Below, piece after piece: positions 53,257-56,993 of a stretch of 56,993 bases of DNA. Within the stretch, counting starts at the first letter, position 1. Each line of letters begins with the position of its first letter. Where the stretch lies: positions 1 to 56,993 of IMG/VR virus record IMGVR_UViG_3300036846_001227. One strand, given 5' to 3'. A program made the position numbers and the translations under genes. The notes beneath the pieces are model-generated. The model worked only from the letters and a program-made list of their open reading frames with translations. It did not search any database and was not told the DNA's origin. The DNA comes from a virus. Taxonomy: Duplodnaviria > Caudoviricetes.

Positions 53257-56200
53257 ATGCCGACGCTCGAAGAGCTTGCCGAGCAACGTCGTCAGAGAAG
53301 GCAAGACGCTGCACCTGGTCCGGCAGCTCCAGCGGATGTTTCCCGGCAACCAACACAGGGTTTGACGCTTCAGCAGCTTGGTGCTCGACGGCGGGGCGAA
53401 GGCGTTGGACCCGAGGCCCGGCCGGCGGAGGAACCGAGGCGCTTCCCACAGACGTTTGGTGAGGAGCTTGCCGAGTTTCCGAGGCTAGAACGCCAACACG
53501 CCACCGAGCACTTCGACAGCATGACGCAGGCGGCCAAGGACTTCTGGAAGCACGACACGGTGTTGGGGCATGCGTGGAACGCTTTGAAGACGGTGGGCGA
53601 GGGGGCCGCCTATGTGATGTCGCCAGTCGAGGCCGGCATCGAAATGGCCGCCGAGCCGTTCGAGACATACGGGGGGAAGGCGGCCCAGGCGGCGGGGTTG
53701 AAAGCTAACCCGGTGCGGGGGCTGGCCTCCAGTCTGGGATCGGCGGGCAGCATCGCCACCCAGTTTGCGATGGACCCGTTGATGGCGGTGGGGCCGCTGA
53801 CCGGATTGGGCAAGGCCGCCACTGCGCTGAGGGAGGGGCCTGTCGGCCAGTTCGCGGAGAAGACCTTCTCGGCGACGACGCGGACCGAGAAGATACCGAG
53901 GCTGGTCACGGACCCGGCGACCGGCGCGCAGATACCTCTGCGCGGCAAGGTTGACAGGTTCGGGAATATAGGGCCGGGCAAGGTGGACCCGGCGACAGGG
54001 TTGCCACCGATCATTACACAGCGGGTGGGGCGGGCCGCCGAGACAGGGCGGATCATTTCAAGGAACCTGACGCTGCGGGGGCTGGAAGGCTTCCGGCAAA
54101 GGGAGGCGCTGGAGAAGTTCCAGAAGGTTGTTGGCGGCCTGAGCCACGATGACCGGATGAACTTCAACTACCACATGGATGCCGACCCTGCAGCGGCCCC
54201 GCTGCCGACGGGATTGCAGCCCCTGGTCCAGGAGTTGAGGCGGCTGATCGATGACGCCGAGGGACGGCTGACCAGCATCGGGGCCTTGAGAAGCGCCAGC
54301 GGCACCTATTGGCCACGCATGTTCCGGGACCCGGATGTAGCCGAGAAGGAGGTCAACGCCTTCCAGGCGGCCCAGGCCGCCGCTACGTCCAGGAGGCCCC
54401 TCCAGGGGTCGAAGGGGGCCGCCGGCCTCTTGAAGAGGACTGTGCCGACGATGCGGGAGAGCATCGACAAGGGCATGGAACTGGTCACCGACAACCCCAT
54501 CGAGATGGCCCTCCTCCGTATGCAGGGGATGGACCACTACTATTATGGGACCCTTATAGGAAGAGAGCTGAAGAAGCTGCCCTACCTGAGGTTTGCCCGG
54601 TGGGGTGGGCAGGAAGCGTTTGCCAGGAGGGAGGGGTTGGTCCCCCTTGACGACAAGTTCTTCGAGGCCCGGTTGCCGCCGGCGGAGGTCAACAAGACCT
54701 TCACGCTGGAGGCGACTCACCGTGAGGGCTTTGATGTCGGGCTAAGACAGGGCGTCGAGGACGTAGCCAAGTACCTAGGCATCAAGCCCGAGCGCCTGTT
54801 TGCCCATGAAGACCCGGTGTTGAACCCGGCCAACCCGGCGGGCGGTGCCTTCGGCTACACCAACCGTTATAGCAAGAAGCTGGTCACTCGGTATGGACAT
54901 GGTGACCTCGTGTTGTTGCACGAGATCGGCCACCACATGAACTACAACTTCCGCATCAGCGACCTGATGAAGAACCAGAACCCGGCGGCCTGGGACCAGC
55001 TGAAAGATTTGGGGCTGGCGCGGGAGGCGATGCCGGCTGCTGTGCTACAGGCGAAGTATCCACAGCACTATGCGTATCTGATCAACGACGAGGAGCGGAT
55101 CGCCAACTTCTTCCACGCCTATTGGCATGCGCCCCACTTGTTGAGGCAGATCGCGCCCGACGCCGAGAAGTTTGTGAAGGACTGGCTGAACCTGCCCACC
55201 AATAGGGGCCTCAAGGGCGTCATCGATAGTGTCAAACCAAGCGTGCGTATCTCCGAGACGCAGCGGGTGGAGAAGCTGGAGGAGCAGTTCCACAAGTTCT
55301 TCCCCGGCGTGAGGTATCTGGGGCGATGGTATGCGCCGGAGCCGGTGGCCCGGGTGTTCAACAACTACGTGTCGCCGGGGCTAGTCCCAAGCAAGCTGGG
55401 GGACATCCTGAGACATGTGGGCAACACGCTCAACATGGCGCAGCTGTCGTTGAGTGCCTTCCATCTGGCGATGGTCAGCATGGATAGTGGGGTGTCGGCG
55501 CTGGCACAGGTGCCACGGGCGGTGGGGAGAGGGGAGTTCGGGCGGGCGGCCACCTTGTTGTCCGCGTCCCTGCCGGTGGTGGGGCCGTTGTCATCGGGGG
55601 TCAGGCAGCTTATCAGGGGGAAGCGGCTGGAAGCGGCCCTGCTTGATCCCAATAAGGCGACGCCTGAGATAGCTCAGATGATCCGGGCCTTCGAGGCCAG
55701 CGGCGGCCGGGTCACCATGGACATGATGTATCGGTCCAACGGAATGGGGGGTTTCTTCCGGGCGATCAAGGGAGGGTATCTGGGGGCGAGCATCAATGAC
55801 ACGCTGAAGTCGGTGGGGGTGAAGACGCCGGTGGCAAGGCAGGTTGTGCAGGGCTTCAAGCTGGCCGGGCGGACCCTGGAGACGACCATCGAGCCGTTGA
55901 TGGTGGCGTTCGTGCCACGGGTGAAGATGGGCGTCTTCCAGGACATGGCGAGTGAATTTATTAAGACACATCCTCATGGCACCCAAGAGGAGTTTGTCGC
56001 GGGGATGCAAAAGGCCTGGGACAGTGTCGATAACCGCCTGGGCGAGATGGTCTACGATAATCTCTTTTGGTCGAAGACCGTGAAGGACCTGAGCTTTCTG
56101 ATGGTGCGGGCGGTGGGGTGGAACCTGGGCACGCAGCGGGAGTTGGGCGGCGGCCTGCTTGATGCGATCAAGGCCACGCATAATGTGGTGACGGGGACTG

Positions 56201-56763
56201 CGCCGGCCGAGATCACCGAGAGGATGAGGTACAGTGCGGCCCTGCCGATCTATGTGGCCTTGCAGGGAGCGGTGTGGAACTACTTGTATACAGGCAAGGG
56301 GCCGACGGAACTGCTGGACTACTTCTACCCGAAGACTGGCAGGAACACGCCCGACGGGTTGCCCGAGAGAGTCTCGTTGCCGACGTATGTCAAGGATGTG
56401 TTTGCCTACAACTATGATCCGGCGAGCACGGTCCTCAATAAGTTGCATCCTCTGTGGTCGAGCGCGAACGAGGTCTTCTGGAAGAACGCTGACTACTGGG
56501 GAAGGCCAATAAGGGACCCGTTGAGGACGACGCCGCAGCCTGTGCAGCTGGCGGAGTATGCGCTGAACCAGTTCATGCCCTTTGGCTTCAGGGGCATACA
56601 GCGGCAGATCAAGGAGGGGGCCGACGTGTTTGCCGTGATCATGAACGAGTTCGGCTTTGTCCCGGCCCCGACGAGCATCACCAATCCGTCAAAGCTGCAA
56701 CGGTATCAGACGTTGCAGGACATCAAAGCGCACCGCCGGGGTGTACGATTGCAGGATAGATAA
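53257..56763 (+). CDS. Large internal virion / ejection protein with HExxH motif
   Basis: 1168 aa, helical; LLHEIGHH...EERIA; last large gene of the structural arm. Confidence 0.7.
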   Translation: MPTLEELAEQRRQRRQDAAPGPAAPADVSRQPTQGLTLQQLGARRRGEGVGPEARPAEEPRRFPQTFGEELAEFPRLERQHATEHFDSMTQAAKDFWKHDTVLGHAWNALKTVGEGAAYVMSPVEAGIEMAAEPFETYGGKAAQAAGLKANPVRGLASSLGSAGSIATQFAMDPLMAVGPLTGLGKAATALREGPVGQFAEKTFSATTRTEKIPRLVTDPATGAQIPLRGKVDRFGNIGPGKVDPATGLPPIITQRVGRAAETGRIISRNLTLRGLEGFRQREALEKFQKVVGGLSHDDRMNFNYHMDADPAAAPLPTGLQPLVQELRRLIDDAEGRLTSIGALRSASGTYWPRMFRDPDVAEKEVNAFQAAQAAATSRRPLQGSKGAAGLLKRTVPTMRESIDKGMELVTDNPIEMALLRMQGMDHYYYGTLIGRELKKLPYLRFARWGGQEAFARREGLVPLDDKFFEARLPPAEVNKTFTLEATHREGFDVGLRQGVEDVAKYLGIKPERLFAHEDPVLNPANPAGGAFGYTNRYSKKLVTRYGHGDLVLLHEIGHHMNYNFRISDLMKNQNPAAWDQLKDLGLAREAMPAAVLQAKYPQHYAYLINDEERIANFFHAYWHAPHLLRQIAPDAEKFVKDWLNLPTNRGLKGVIDSVKPSVRISETQRVEKLEEQFHKFFPGVRYLGRWYAPEPVARVFNNYVSPGLVPSKLGDILRHVGNTLNMAQLSLSAFHLAMVSMDSGVSALAQVPRAVGRGEFGRAATLLSASLPVVGPLSSGVRQLIRGKRLEAALLDPNKATPEIAQMIRAFEASGGRVTMDMMYRSNGMGGFFRAIKGGYLGASINDTLKSVGVKTPVARQVVQGFKLAGRTLETTIEPLMVAFVPRVKMGVFQDMASEFIKTHPHGTQEEFVAGMQKAWDSVDNRLGEMVYDNLFWSKTVKDLSFLMVRAVGWNLGTQRELGGGLLDAIKATHNVVTGTAPAEITERMRYSAALPIYVALQGAVWNYLYTGKGPTELLDYFYPKTGRNTPDGLPERVSLPTYVKDVFAYNYDPASTVLNKLHPLWSSANEVFWKNADYWGRPIRDPLRTTPQPVQLAEYALNQFMPFGFRGIQRQIKEGADVFAVIMNEFGFVPAPTSITNPSKLQRYQTLQDIKAHRRGVRLQDR

Positions 56764-56765
56764 GC

Positions 56766-56993
56766 ATGGCCAATAGCTTGGGGCAGCGCAGCGATGTCGT
56801 TAACTCCGCCGACGAAATGATGCGGAGCATCATCGAGGAGGCGGAGAAGCTGCCGCTTGATAAGAGATTGGCGGTCATGCAGGCTGCGACGCGGTGGGTT
56901 GCGGTCAAGAACCGGCTCAACATGCCCGACGAGAGGAACGGCTTCGATGAGTTCCGAGAACAGCTTTCCGGAGGAGCCGCGCCGGCTGGAAGT
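56766..56993 (+). CDS. Hypothetical protein spanning the circular junction (continues to position 229)
   Basis: ATG 56766 is in frame with ORF 26-229 through the 97-bp repeat. Confidence 0.7.
   Translation, partial: MANSLGQRSDVVNSADEMMRSIIEEAEKLPLDKRLAVMQAATRWVAVKNRLNMPDERNGFDEFREQLSGGAAPAGS
56897..56993. repeat. Direct terminal repeat, copy 2
   Basis: Identical to 1-97. Confidence 0.97.

Noticed and set aside
1-56993. tRNA/rRNA genes, reverse transcriptase (DGR/retron), alternative genetic code
   Set aside because: None recognised by eye; genes read intact in the standard code with all three stop codons used.

Overview
This window looks like a complete, circularly permuted genome (about 56.9 kb; a 97-bp direct repeat joins the two ends) of a GC-rich tailed dsDNA phage, probably podovirus-like. 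It has portal, capsid, tail-tube/adaptor-like and large ejection proteins, and no tape measure or sheath was recognised. A leftward arm (about 3.2-23.6 kb) encodes replication, recombination and early genes: DUF3987-like helicase, RecD/Dda helicase, a split family-A DNA polymerase with an N-terminal uracil-DNA-glycosylase domain, dNMP kinase, SSB, Sak4-like ATPase, Cas4-like nuclease and a MoxR/VWA module. A rightward arm (about 24.3 kb to the end, wrapping to 3.2 kb) encodes an intein-containing terminase, fibres, portal, capsid, tail and ejection proteins, and a tailspike. No integrase, repressor, primase, RNA polymerase, tRNA or free-standing endolysin was recognised. The most unusual signals are: the two-gene PolA with non-canonical motif A/B residues; a 240-nt AT-rich rod-like fold-back with G-U-compatible mismatches; a 24-bp repeat array with hairpin spacers at the early/late switch; a dispersed family of intergenic motifs; and several unannotated protamine-like micropeptides. 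All calls come from reading motifs by eye; no database searches were run.
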